Notes: generated by a model not told the origin, from the letters alone. 39,320 nt of DNA from an uncultured Gammaproteobacteria bacterium (GCA_964536565.1 CAZHXK010000002.1:1-39320); one strand, 5' to 3'; numbered from the stretch's first letter, positions 10,385 through 19,958 are shown. Made by a program: numbers and translations.

Positions 10385-10840
10385 TTATTTTTTTGGAAAA
10401 TAGATGTATGCAGCCCATGAAACAATCAGCGCTATCCAGTACTGTGTGTGTTCCCACAATTCAACACGGTCACCAAAAATTTGATCGCCGATTGAGAAGA
10501 AACTGAAAATGACGAGCCCAACGAGCGTCCCCCAAAAAAACCACGCATGCGCTTTTTCATTTTTCTTTTTAAGAAGGAAATATAACGCACCAGCACATAA
10601 CACAAATGCTATGAGTTCGGCGACGGTTGTTTTTACAAATACTGCGTGTGGAATCCGTGGATCGTCGACACCAATCGATGCAAAGTAATCCATAAACTGC
10701 GCAAGTCGGTTTCTTCCTGCCCAGATATACGTCGGTTCTGTTATGAGTTTGTCGATGAAGTTGAGGAACCAGAATAGTGTCCAGTACAGGACGACACCGA
10801 TCTGAATGATTCTGCCCTCTATTTGTTTTGTGTGTTTCAT
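10385..10840 (-). CDS. hypothetical integral membrane protein (about 4 TM helices)
   Basis: 151-aa ORF with four hydrophobic segments. I recognised no diagnostic motif. Confidence 0.65.
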   Translation of the reverse strand: MKHTKQIEGRIIQIGVVLYWTLFWFLNFIDKLITEPTYIWAGRNRLAQFMDYFASIGVDDPRIPHAVFVKTTVAELIAFVLCAGALYFLLKKKNEKAHAWFFWGTLVGLVIFSFFSIGDQIFGDRVELWEHTQYWIALIVSWAAYIYFPKK

Positions 10841-10860
10841 ATGTGCGTATTATAACATGT

Positions 10861-11568
10861 CTATATCCGAACATCAGCATGCATGACATGCGGACTGAAT
10901 ATATCCCGAGCAAATTCTGTCAGCTTTGCATCCTTGTATGTCGTCAAAGTGCCATACGCCGGGTCGAGTGTTTTTCCTGGACGAAATGCTTGTAGGTACA
11001 GATTCTGAGCACCCTCTACTTCTCTGGCCATTTTCTTCATGATCTCCGGAGTGTGAATTTCCTTGATAACCGTCGTTCTGAATTCATGATCTACTCCTGA
11101 GTTTACGATCGTTCTAATTGAGGATCGAATTTTTTCTGGTTGCACGCACCGACCACTTACCCCTTGGTATTTTTCTGGAATGTGCTTGAGGTCCATCGCA
11201 ATATAGTCAACGAGTTGCTGTTCGATGACTTGTTCAAGTATTTCAGGACGCGCACCATTTGAGTCCAGTTTTATTTTAAGGCCTTCGTCACGGATTTTTT
11301 TCATGAACGTAAGAAGATCGCCTTGAATCGTAGGCTCTCCCCCTGTAATGACAACTCCCTCTAGCATTCCCTTTCGGGCCCGAAGAAACCTAAGCACAGC
11401 ACCTTCCGGAATAAAGCTATCCTTTATTTTGAGAATTTCTTCAGGCAACACAAATTCTGGATTGTGACACATGCCACAACGGAAATTACACCCCGGCGTG
11501 AACACGATACACGCCGGGGTGTCTGGGAAATCGATCAGAGATATTTTCTGGATTCCTGATATGAGCAT
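10861..11568 (-). CDS. nrdG: anaerobic ribonucleoside-triphosphate reductase activating protein (radical SAM)
   Basis: 235 aa with the CNFRCGMCHNPE (CxxxCxxC) cluster motif near the N-terminus and GGEPT. It lies adjacent to nrdD, and its start overlaps the preceding stop (TAATG). Confidence 0.9.
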   Translation of the reverse strand: MLISGIQKISLIDFPDTPACIVFTPGCNFRCGMCHNPEFVLPEEILKIKDSFIPEGAVLRFLRARKGMLEGVVITGGEPTIQGDLLTFMKKIRDEGLKIKLDSNGARPEILEQVIEQQLVDYIAMDLKHIPEKYQGVSGRCVQPEKIRSSIRTIVNSGVDHEFRTTVIKEIHTPEIMKKMAREVEGAQNLYLQAFRPGKTLDPAYGTLTTYKDAKLTEFARDIFSPHVMHADVRI

Positions 11569-11735
11569 TATCCGTATTGTTCAAAAAAGTCTTTGTTTGA
11601 TGCAATACATTCTTCGAAGTGCTTTCGAGAGTAGTGCTCGGCTTTCTTACCAATGTTGAAGTGAGATACCGGACGGTGGTATCCCATGACTCGCGTCCAA
11701 ACCTCGCAACGCTGGCGCTCTATTTTTTGTGACAT
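11568..11735 (-). CDS. detached glycyl-radical C-terminal domain of NrdD (55 codons, -1 frame relative to nrdD)
   Basis: Not in the ORF track because it is under 60 aa. My translation is MSQKIERQRCEVWTRVMGYHRPVSHFNIGKKAEHYSRKHFEECIASNKDFFEQYG*. It contains the class III RNR glycyl-radical motif RVxGY that is missing from the 713-aa ORF. This frame stays open upstream to 11795. No SD precedes the ATG. Confidence 0.6.
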   Translation of the reverse strand: MSQKIERQRCEVWTRVMGYHRPVSHFNIGKKAEHYSRKHFEECIASNKDFFEQYG

Positions 11736-11761
11736 AGCATGGGGGTTAATTAGTAGTCTTT

Positions 11762-13903
11762 TTATAAGCTCAGTATTTTTTGCTTCTCCACCTCTTTATT
11801 CTCTGTATACATCGCTCTGTACTGTTCATCCTTTGCTTCTCCAACGAGCCCAAGTTCCTTGTCACACGTTGGACAGAAGTCATGCTCGCCCGCTATATAT
11901 CCATGTTTCGGACAGATTGAGAACGCTGGTGTGATGGTAATGTACGGCAATTTGAATTTGTTGAGGATATTCCTGACCAGTTTTCTACACGCAACCGCAG
12001 ATGTTATACGTTCCGTCATGTAGCAATGCAGCACCGTCCCACCTGTGTATTTCTTCTGCAGGTCATCCTGAAGCATGAGTGCTTCGAATACATCATCCGT
12101 ATAGCCAACCGGCAGCTGTGATGAATTCGTATAGAATGGTGCTTCCTGTGTCCCTGCTTGTAATATACCCGCATATCGACGCTGATCTTCTTTTGCGAAC
12201 CGATACGTTGCCCCCTCTGCTGGAGTCGCCTCTAAGTTATACAGATGACCTGTTTCCTCCTGATATAGGGTGAGTTTTTCACGCATATGATCAAGTACCT
12301 CTTTCGCGAATGCCTGACCCCACTCCGTCACAATCGACTCTTCGTCATTAGTAAAATTCCGAATTGCTTCATTCAACCCGTTCACTCCGATTGTTGAGAA
12401 GTGGTTGCGAAGTTTTCCGAGGTATCGTTTTGTATACGGAAACAATCCACGATCGATCCATTTTTGAATCTCTTTTCTTTTAATTTCGAGTGACGTTTTC
12501 GCTGTCTGCATGAGATGAGACATTCTTTCAAGAAATTTTTCTTTATCTCCTTGGCATGTATATCCTATACGCGCTGCATTTACTGTCACTACTCCAATCG
12601 ATCCAGTCATTTCCGCTGATCCAAATAATCCTCCTCCTCTACTTCGTAGCTCGTTTAAGTCCAACTGGAGTCGGCAGCACATCGAGCGAACATCTCCAGG
12701 GTTCAAATCCGAGTTGATAAAGTTCTGAAAATATGGTGTTCCATACTTTGCAGTCATCTCAAATAGCGGCAGATTATTAACATTATACCAATCGAATTCT
12801 TTGGTAATATTGTACGTCGGAATAGGAAAAGTGAACGTCCTACCTTTTGCATCTCCTTTTATCATCACCTCAATGAATGCTCGATTAATGATATTCATTT
12901 CGTGTTCGAGTTCTCCATAGGTGTATGCGAATTCTTTTCCGGCAAGTAGTAGTCTTTTGTCTTTGAGGTCATCAGGGACTGTCCAGTCGAGCGTGATGTT
13001 TGTGAATGGTGTTTGTGTTCCCCATCGTGAAGGGATATTCAAGTTAAAAACAAAGGACTGCATGTTCTGATATACATATTGATACACCTCTTTTTCAATG
13101 TACGACGCTCGTGCCTGAGGTGAAGTAAATACCGCACCACCATCAGACAATTTTTCATGCACTTCCATTTCGTATTTCTTCACGAATGGCGCAAGATACG
13201 TGTCGAAGCTCGAGAATGCCTGCGCACCCGCCCACTCGTTCTGAAGCGTTCCAAAAAAGTTGACCATTTGTGCAACTGCTGATGATAGATGCTTTGGCGG
13301 TTTCGATTCGATTTTTTCTGCGGGTCCATTAAAACCTTCTTCCAGCAGCACCCTTAAATTCCACCCAGCACAGTAACCCGCAAGCATGTCGAGGTCGTGA
13401 ATGTGTAGGTCTGCATTCCTGTGTGCACCCCCAACTTGCTTTGGGTAGATATGAGAAAGCCAGTAATTTGCCACCACCTTACCAGCAGTGTTCAAAATTA
13501 ATCCACCCAATGAATATCCTTGATTTGAATTTGCATTCACACGCCAATCTAGTTTGTCGAGATATTCCGAGATAGTTTTACCGACTTCGACCACTACGTT
13601 CCTCTCCTCCCGAGCTTCACGTCTTTTTTCTCGATAGAGAATGTAAGATTTTGCGATATCTTTGTAGTCGTATTGTACAAGCATGTGCTCGACGCCATCC
13701 TGAATGTTTTCTACTGTCGGCACCTGATCTGCATATAATTCCTCCAGCTGCACAAATACATCCTTGGCAAGTGTTGCAGGCAGCGCCCTGTCGCGCTTAC
13801 CCACGGACTCCGCCGCATTTCCTATAGCCACCTCGATCTTTTTTATATCAAAATCAACAACAGCACCGTTTCGTTTCTGCACTTTTAATATGGCCATAGA
13901 CAA
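11762..13903 (-). CDS. nrdD: anaerobic ribonucleoside-triphosphate reductase, large part (ATP-cone + catalytic barrel + Zn site) lacking the glycyl-radical tail
   Basis: 713 aa with an ATP-cone (VQKRNGAVVDFDIKKIE), class III RNR core similarity throughout, and a C-terminal Zn ribbon (CPKH...CPTC). It ends EKQKILSL* without an RVxGY motif. Confidence 0.9.
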   Translation of the reverse strand: MSMAILKVQKRNGAVVDFDIKKIEVAIGNAAESVGKRDRALPATLAKDVFVQLEELYADQVPTVENIQDGVEHMLVQYDYKDIAKSYILYREKRREAREERNVVVEVGKTISEYLDKLDWRVNANSNQGYSLGGLILNTAGKVVANYWLSHIYPKQVGGAHRNADLHIHDLDMLAGYCAGWNLRVLLEEGFNGPAEKIESKPPKHLSSAVAQMVNFFGTLQNEWAGAQAFSSFDTYLAPFVKKYEMEVHEKLSDGGAVFTSPQARASYIEKEVYQYVYQNMQSFVFNLNIPSRWGTQTPFTNITLDWTVPDDLKDKRLLLAGKEFAYTYGELEHEMNIINRAFIEVMIKGDAKGRTFTFPIPTYNITKEFDWYNVNNLPLFEMTAKYGTPYFQNFINSDLNPGDVRSMCCRLQLDLNELRSRGGGLFGSAEMTGSIGVVTVNAARIGYTCQGDKEKFLERMSHLMQTAKTSLEIKRKEIQKWIDRGLFPYTKRYLGKLRNHFSTIGVNGLNEAIRNFTNDEESIVTEWGQAFAKEVLDHMREKLTLYQEETGHLYNLEATPAEGATYRFAKEDQRRYAGILQAGTQEAPFYTNSSQLPVGYTDDVFEALMLQDDLQKKYTGGTVLHCYMTERITSAVACRKLVRNILNKFKLPYITITPAFSICPKHGYIAGEHDFCPTCDKELGLVGEAKDEQYRAMYTENKEVEKQKILSL

Positions 13904-13905
13904 GC

Positions 13906-14889
13906 TTATGTAAGTATTATTTCTTTGTGTTCTTGTGAGCTTTTACGCGCTGCCTCCACGACCTCTAACACACGCATTCCATCAGCAATCGTGCATGAAG
14001 GATGTTTGTTGTGCTCGATCATTTCGATGAACTCCGCAGCGACTTCCTTGAACATATCATTCCTTTCCGACGTATACGTCTGCATCTCTGCTATACCCGC
14101 CTTGTGCACAACGACTTCATTAGGTTCGAAACTCCAGCGAATCGATCCACCATCTCCTACAATGTGAATGTATTTTTCATGAGGTCTTCCGAGCAGATCC
14201 AGATGCATGTTCACACGTGTGCCATTTGCGTATCGAGCAATGAGATCCACCGAATCATCGGAGTTGATTTCCAAATTTCCGATCGTCTCAACATTGGCGA
14301 AAATGTACTTCGGCATACCAAACATCCATATCATCAGGTCAATGAAATGACTCTCATCTAAAAGTGCACCACCACCCATTTCCTTTTTTGCCATGAAGAA
14401 ATCTTTGTAATTTTCCCATGGATGCCAATCTGCTAAATGCGCACTCATCACCATTCGGACATGCCTGACAGTTCCGATATCATGCTCATCCAGTTGTGCT
14501 TTTACGTCAATGAGCGGCTTCCACCAGCGGTATGTATACCCGAGAAGTATTCGTGTATTTATATCTTTGAGTAGCTCAGCATCTACTAGGTGCGCAGAAA
14601 GAGGTTTCTCCATAAGAACCGGAGTACCCTTCTTCGCCAGTTCCTGTGCTTGTGCGATGTGAAAGATTGGTGGAGATGCAATCACCGCACCATCGAAGGT
14701 ATGTTCGCTCCGCAGACGTTCGAGGTCAGTGTCTGTTTTGATACATCCGATCTTCTCAGTAATTTCCTTAAGTCGGTCCTCTCGAGGATCAAACGCAGAT
14801 ATTTCACACCCAAGACTTGAGAGGTTTTGTGCATGGCGCTTTCCAGCCGACCCTGCACCTATAATTAGAATGTGTATTTTTGAACTCAT
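13906..14889 (-). CDS. Gfo/Idh/MocA family NAD(P)-dependent oxidoreductase
   Basis: 327 aa with an N-terminal Rossmann motif ILIIGAGSAGKRH and the EKP motif (LMEKPLS) typical of the family. Confidence 0.85.
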   Translation of the reverse strand: MSSKIHILIIGAGSAGKRHAQNLSSLGCEISAFDPREDRLKEITEKIGCIKTDTDLERLRSEHTFDGAVIASPPIFHIAQAQELAKKGTPVLMEKPLSAHLVDAELLKDINTRILLGYTYRWWKPLIDVKAQLDEHDIGTVRHVRMVMSAHLADWHPWENYKDFFMAKKEMGGGALLDESHFIDLMIWMFGMPKYIFANVETIGNLEINSDDSVDLIARYANGTRVNMHLDLLGRPHEKYIHIVGDGGSIRWSFEPNEVVVHKAGIAEMQTYTSERNDMFKEVAAEFIEMIEHNKHPSCTIADGMRVLEVVEAARKSSQEHKEIILT

Positions 14890-14890
14890 A

Positions 14891-16432
14891 CTATCGGATA
14901 TTTTTTGTCATGGATCGATACTGTTCCTTATCGAATGTGCAGGTTATAAATATAGGACTAATCCCTGCCCAACTTCCCACTATATTCTGAAAATCTGTGA
15001 GGTTTTCTGCAGTACTTGTTTTGCACCCCATCGCGCCAACTATCCCCGCCACATCTCTTTTTTTATGCTCATAAATTTCTTTCGGTGCACCGATTTCTTC
15101 CGCACCCATACCAATCGCCCCATATCCCCCATCCGACATCATCACAAACATGATGGGTAGGTTTTGATCTACCGCAATAGCAATTTCTGATACATAGGGC
15201 ATCACACCCCCATCACCTATGACACATATCGTTTTATTTGCAGCATGAATTGCATGACCTATCGCCGTTGGTATTGCGACCCCCATAAATCTTCCTTGTG
15301 AGCTTCCGATAAAATATTCTGGTTTTGCAGCCTTAAATATTGTTTCTCCAATAGTGCAGAATAGTCCTGTGTCGAGAACCAGCGTTGCTTCTGACAGACC
15401 TTCATTTAAGGTTTCAAATACGTGACCTGGCAGCCACACATCTCCCAGCAACTCCTCTTCGATAGTCTTTCGGACTTGATTACATACTTCTTCGCCCCAT
15501 GATTCTGTAACAACTTCTTTGATATTGCGAGCCGCCTGTTCCAGATCGTGCACCAGAAATTCATCTGCACCGAAACCCTCGTGACATCCCATGACTGTAT
15601 CTATAATGAAAGTTGGTTTGTTGAACGACATTGGTTTTACCACCTCGCTTTGTCGTAGACCGACCGCAACAATACAGTCTGCCTGAGACAAGATAGTCGA
15701 TTCAGGTGACAGATCTTTCACTTCACCCGTGATAACGCCACCCACAAAATCCCCTGTCTCATCAATCACTCCTTTTGCAGCGGCTGTTGTACAAACTGGC
15801 ACGCCGATAGATGACCAATCCACCCCCGTCAAACTTCGCGCCACTGATCCGAGTATGATAGCAATTTTTTTATGTGTCTTTATGCGTTCGGTGTATGATT
15901 TATTTTCTGCATCCAATCCATCATCATCTTGATTGCTTTTTTGTAACCCTGTTACACGATCATTTGAAATATCGAGATGTACTGGGCCTGGAACTCCGGC
16001 CTGTGCACACTGAACCAACGCTTGTAGGCCTGTATGATCACCCAGGATGTCGTATGCCTTGGTCACTGGTGAGACGATCGCTTTTTGATCTATTTTCTTG
16101 TGAACTTTTGAAATGTTTTGTTGTAGATCGTATGCTTCTGAAATACTCAAAGAAGGGCGCTGCTCAAAATGATTTAGGGTGATGCCCGGCATCATGTTTA
16201 TAAATCCCGGCCCTTTAATCGAAATCGCAACCGCCCGCAATGTTCCATCCACGGCCGTTGCTCCGGCCATGATAGGCGCAGCAGCTTCGTGCGAAACAGG
16301 AATATACTCAATCCCCTCACTCATGAGGTGTGTTATGAGCTCCAGACTTGCACCGCCACCAGTAACACCGAATGCATATCTAATGCCACGTGCCTTAAGG
16401 TCATTTGCTAGTTGTTGGATATGAGGTCGCAT
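14891..16432 (-). CDS. thiamine-pyrophosphate-dependent enzyme (acetolactate synthase / 2-ketoacid decarboxylase superfamily)
   Basis: 513 aa with an N-terminal TPP-Pyr domain (YAFGVTGGGASLEL) and a C-terminal TPP-binding motif IGDGGVMPY...MMSDGGYG. Confidence 0.85.
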   Translation of the reverse strand: MRPHIQQLANDLKARGIRYAFGVTGGGASLELITHLMSEGIEYIPVSHEAAAPIMAGATAVDGTLRAVAISIKGPGFINMMPGITLNHFEQRPSLSISEAYDLQQNISKVHKKIDQKAIVSPVTKAYDILGDHTGLQALVQCAQAGVPGPVHLDISNDRVTGLQKSNQDDDGLDAENKSYTERIKTHKKIAIILGSVARSLTGVDWSSIGVPVCTTAAAKGVIDETGDFVGGVITGEVKDLSPESTILSQADCIVAVGLRQSEVVKPMSFNKPTFIIDTVMGCHEGFGADEFLVHDLEQAARNIKEVVTESWGEEVCNQVRKTIEEELLGDVWLPGHVFETLNEGLSEATLVLDTGLFCTIGETIFKAAKPEYFIGSSQGRFMGVAIPTAIGHAIHAANKTICVIGDGGVMPYVSEIAIAVDQNLPIMFVMMSDGGYGAIGMGAEEIGAPKEIYEHKKRDVAGIVGAMGCKTSTAENLTDFQNIVGSWAGISPIFITCTFDKEQYRSMTKNIR

Positions 16433-16434
16433 AC

Positions 16435-17373
16435 TTATACAAGGAATGGCTTGATACGCTGAGCTGCGTATCGAACTGTAATATCTACAGACTCCGGACA
16501 GAACCCACCAATGTGTGGGGTGATAATAACGTTTTTGTGAGACAGACTGTGCTTATAGAGTGGCCTATGAGTAACATCCGGCTCATCAGTTAACACATCT
16601 ACTCCAATTGCTGAAACTATTCCTGACTCGAGCCCAGCAACAACTGCATCCTCATCTATAATATCTCCACGGGATGTGTTAATAATCACTACTCCATCTT
16701 TCATCTTGCCAAGCGCCTCACCGTTTATAAGGTGCTTTGTCTCATCTGACAGATGTACGTGGATTGATAAAAAATCCGCTTTAACATACACCTCATCAAT
16801 TGATGTAAGCGTGACTCCTTCCGGAGATGTCGTAACATACGGATCATATGCAACCACATCCATACCGAAGCCAGCTGCATATGTGGCCATCCATGAACCA
16901 ATTCGACCGTACCCCACAAGACCAAGAGTTTTTCCTTTCAACATAGTTCCAGCAAATTCAGTTCTTTCCCATCCTCCCCCTTCTACATGATGTATAGCAG
17001 CGCGAACATTTCTTGCACACATCATAAGCAATAACCACGAATGTTCGGCTGCGCCCGTCAAACCATGTAATACCTCCTTCTGTCCTTTGAGTGTGAGGAG
17101 TGAAATATTTCTTTCTTCTAGGGTAGACTGATTAATGTGATCAGCTCCTGTTGTTGCTGTAGATATAACTTTTAGCTCAGGTGCTTTTTCGAGAGTCTCC
17201 TTGGGAATTCTTACTTTCATAGAGGCGTCGAGGACTGCAGTCGCCCTCTCAATCATGGGTAGCAGCTCCTCTACAACTGGTTCGGTCCGCACCACCTGAG
17301 CGAGTGAACCCAACTCTTCCTGTACGACTGATAGACTTTCCAATGGCCCTGTGTACACAACTACTGGCTGCAT
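16435..17373 (-). CDS. D-isomer-specific 2-hydroxyacid dehydrogenase (SerA/PGDH-like)
   Basis: 312 aa with the NAD motif GLVGYGRIGSWMA, catalytic-region motifs NTSRGDIIDE and TPHIGG. Confidence 0.88.
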   Translation of the reverse strand: MQPVVVYTGPLESLSVVQEELGSLAQVVRTEPVVEELLPMIERATAVLDASMKVRIPKETLEKAPELKVISTATTGADHINQSTLEERNISLLTLKGQKEVLHGLTGAAEHSWLLLMMCARNVRAAIHHVEGGGWERTEFAGTMLKGKTLGLVGYGRIGSWMATYAAGFGMDVVAYDPYVTTSPEGVTLTSIDEVYVKADFLSIHVHLSDETKHLINGEALGKMKDGVVIINTSRGDIIDEDAVVAGLESGIVSAIGVDVLTDEPDVTHRPLYKHSLSHKNVIITPHIGGFCPESVDITVRYAAQRIKPFLV

Positions 17374-17424
17374 ATAGCTTGATTTAGGGTTTTATAGATA
17401 CGCCCTTACTTTATAAACACCGGA

Positions 17425-17451
17425 AAACAAAAAAGGTGTCATCAGACACCT
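17425..17451 (-). terminator. intrinsic terminator of the PAS-sigma gene
   Basis: A 7-bp stem AGGTGTC/GACACCT (17434-17440 / 17445-17451) with a 4-nt loop, followed by TTTTTTGTTTT on the minus strand. Confidence 0.75.
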
Positions 17452-17485
17452 CTTTGAACATATTTCTATACCTCCGTTATTTCAT

Positions 17486-18598
17486 CTACCCACCTAACAT
17501 GACCCTCAACTTCTTACGTGCTCTACTCAAATGGAGCTTGATTGAGTTCTCAGATTTACCAAGAATGGTTGCAATTTCACGAATTGATAACTCATCCTTG
17601 TATCGCATATGCATGACCACCCTTGCTGACTCAGGAAAATTTGCGATTTGCCTCCACAGCAACATGTTGTCCATCCTCACCTCATGCTTCTGGTTGTATG
17701 GAACTTCCTGCATTTTTTCATTGTCTCCCTTGACCTCCCTAGCAGTGTCTCTGAAATGATTCACGAGTATATTGTGCGCTATACGGAGTAGATATGTCTT
17801 ATATGAGGCATTGAGAAGCTTATATCGATCAAGATACATGAATGCCTTCATGAACGTATCCTGAGCTAAGTCATGAGCGACTGATGCATCGCTTAGCCGA
17901 CGTATAAAGTAGTATCTTACAACATGCTCGTACTTGTTGTAGATTATCTGAAACGCAGCTGGATCTGCCTGCGCATCTACTATGAGTTTGTGATCAGAAT
18001 AGCGCTCTCCAAGAATATCTCGAGTTGGACGTACGAATATGTCAGTCAATGCATCATGAATGGAATTGTATTCAGTTACGAGGTACTCGAATGCGTACTC
18101 TGTTTTAGAATTGGTACTTTCTTCTGGTGCCAACCACGTACCATATTGCATGAGAGCATCCAGCCCAGTTTTTTTACCCGTAGCCAGATTTTTGAATTTC
18201 TCTTGAAATTCTTGTCGTTGTGATTCTGAATCTCCTTCGGGATTACATTCTAAGAATAGCGTCTCGTTTGCATCATTAGTCTCTATCGGTGCGATGTTCA
18301 TCGTATCATCTTGCGTGCCTGATTTGTACTGGTTAGTAACGCAACCTGTCCATGCATTACGATCATTTTTTATTGTGTGCCACATATCTCTGTAGAATGA
18401 TTTCGACATGTATCCACCCCACAACGAACCTGCTTTTGTCCCAATGATTTGTGGTGTATCGTACCCAGTTTTTTTTGCCAGTGCATGGTTTGCATACATG
18501 ACAGTTCCATTTGAGTCAGCAATAAACAGTGTGCCTGATGCACGATCAAAAACCTGTTTTATGTGCTGTTTTAGCTCTTGCTTGCTTGCAGTTGCCAT
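17486..18598 (-). CDS. PAS domain fused to an ECF-type sigma-70 family factor (regions 2 and 4)
   Basis: 370 aa. The N-terminal roughly 120 aa are PAS-like (LFIADSNGTVMYANHALAKKTGYDTPQIIG). The C-terminal half has sigma region 2 (DLAQDTFMKAFMYLDRYK, YLLRIAHNILVNHFR) and region 4 HTH (LSIREIATILGKSENSIKLHLSRARKKLR). Confidence 0.85.
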   Translation of the reverse strand: MATASKQELKQHIKQVFDRASGTLFIADSNGTVMYANHALAKKTGYDTPQIIGTKAGSLWGGYMSKSFYRDMWHTIKNDRNAWTGCVTNQYKSGTQDDTMNIAPIETNDANETLFLECNPEGDSESQRQEFQEKFKNLATGKKTGLDALMQYGTWLAPEESTNSKTEYAFEYLVTEYNSIHDALTDIFVRPTRDILGERYSDHKLIVDAQADPAAFQIIYNKYEHVVRYYFIRRLSDASVAHDLAQDTFMKAFMYLDRYKLLNASYKTYLLRIAHNILVNHFRDTAREVKGDNEKMQEVPYNQKHEVRMDNMLLWRQIANFPESARVVMHMRYKDELSIREIATILGKSENSIKLHLSRARKKLRVMLGG

Positions 18599-18653
18599 AG
18601 ATAAGTAGTGTATCTGACATATACATCTTTTTCAACCATTCTTCATAATTTCC

Positions 18654-19958
18654 TCATTTCACCTCCCCTGCCAACAGTGGCATTCCAAGTCGCTTGCGTG
18701 CACTTTCTCCAAGCATCTTTTTTACTTTTCGTAATGGTTTATCTCCACGCCACCCCTCATGCTGATCGAAACTGTTAGCCGACAAACTAGCCGCTGAATG
18801 CACTGTATGCTTTCCAAATTTTTTAGAAAGAATATCTACTGCATTGTATAGATTCTGCATGTATTCGAGCTTAAGAGGCTCTTCAAATAAGTTTCGCTGT
18901 GTTGGCCTGTGTTCAATCAGACTCGCTAACACAACTCCCGTGGACCTGTATTCACTTCCTTCCTTGTAACACTCTTCGAATAACTGACGTGCGATAGGTA
19001 AGATTTCATGTGGGAAGCATGAGACGCGTGTGAGTTTTGCTTTTGTCCCCTTACTATTGAATGACTGTGTCTTCAGAAAAATAATGAGGTCTTTCGCGCC
19101 AAGCTTATAGCGTCGTGCCTTGATACATGCGTTTTCAATATTCTTGACCAACTGACCCCAGACGAACTCTTTTTGCTTGGCCGGCGGAGTGAAGGTTTTT
19201 GTTTTTGAAATAGATACATATCTTGTTTTTTCTTCCGGTGATACCGGATAGACTGAAATACTCCTAAGTTCTCGATGGATCTCTTGATGTGGTTTTGTGA
19301 AGTGTTGTGAAATCCATTCTGGATCTTTTTCCGCAAAGTCGAGTGCGGTAAATATTCTTAGTTTCGCACAATAGTCTTTTGTCTGTGGACCGATCCCCCA
19401 CACCTTTCCAACAGGAAGCTGCTTCAGGTATCTGTGTGCCTCTTTGCCTGGTATACACAGTAGCCCCATGGGTTTGTTTCTTGTGCTCGCTATTTTTGCG
19501 AGAACCTTAGTTGGAGCTAAGCCTACTGACACACTAATGCCAAGTTCGTTTACAATATCGTCTCGCATTTTTTCTGCGATCGCCTTGTATGACATCCCAA
19601 GAGAACGTCGAAGTCCAGTGATGTCTATGAAACCTTCATCGATAGAATACTCTTCCACCATGGAGCTGTATCGTCTCATGATCTCGAACATTCGTTTTGA
19701 GAAGAGACCGTACGTTTCATAGTCAGATGAGACGAAGATTGCATCGGGGCATATTTTTTTGATGTCTGAGAGTTTCATCGCGCGTGTGACTCCACGCTTT
19801 TTTGCTTCATAGCTCATGGACGCTGCGATGCCACGCTCTTTACCACAAATGACCGGTTTACCTTTCCATTCTGGGTGTAGTGCCTGTTCACATGTCGCGA
19901 AGAATGAGTCTGCATCGATGTGTACGATTGCGCGTGGATATGAGTGTAGAGTTAGCAT
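18654..19958 (-). CDS. Y-family translesion DNA polymerase (DinB/UmuC-like)
   Basis: 434 aa with the N-terminal IVHIDADSFFATCEQ catalytic motif, SIDEGFIDIT, and the little-finger region. It lies immediately downstream of lexA. Confidence 0.88.
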   Translation of the reverse strand: MLTLHSYPRAIVHIDADSFFATCEQALHPEWKGKPVICGKERGIAASMSYEAKKRGVTRAMKLSDIKKICPDAIFVSSDYETYGLFSKRMFEIMRRYSSMVEEYSIDEGFIDITGLRRSLGMSYKAIAEKMRDDIVNELGISVSVGLAPTKVLAKIASTRNKPMGLLCIPGKEAHRYLKQLPVGKVWGIGPQTKDYCAKLRIFTALDFAEKDPEWISQHFTKPHQEIHRELRSISVYPVSPEEKTRYVSISKTKTFTPPAKQKEFVWGQLVKNIENACIKARRYKLGAKDLIIFLKTQSFNSKGTKAKLTRVSCFPHEILPIARQLFEECYKEGSEYRSTGVVLASLIEHRPTQRNLFEEPLKLEYMQNLYNAVDILSKKFGKHTVHSAASLSANSFDQHEGWRGDKPLRKVKKMLGESARKRLGMPLLAGEVK

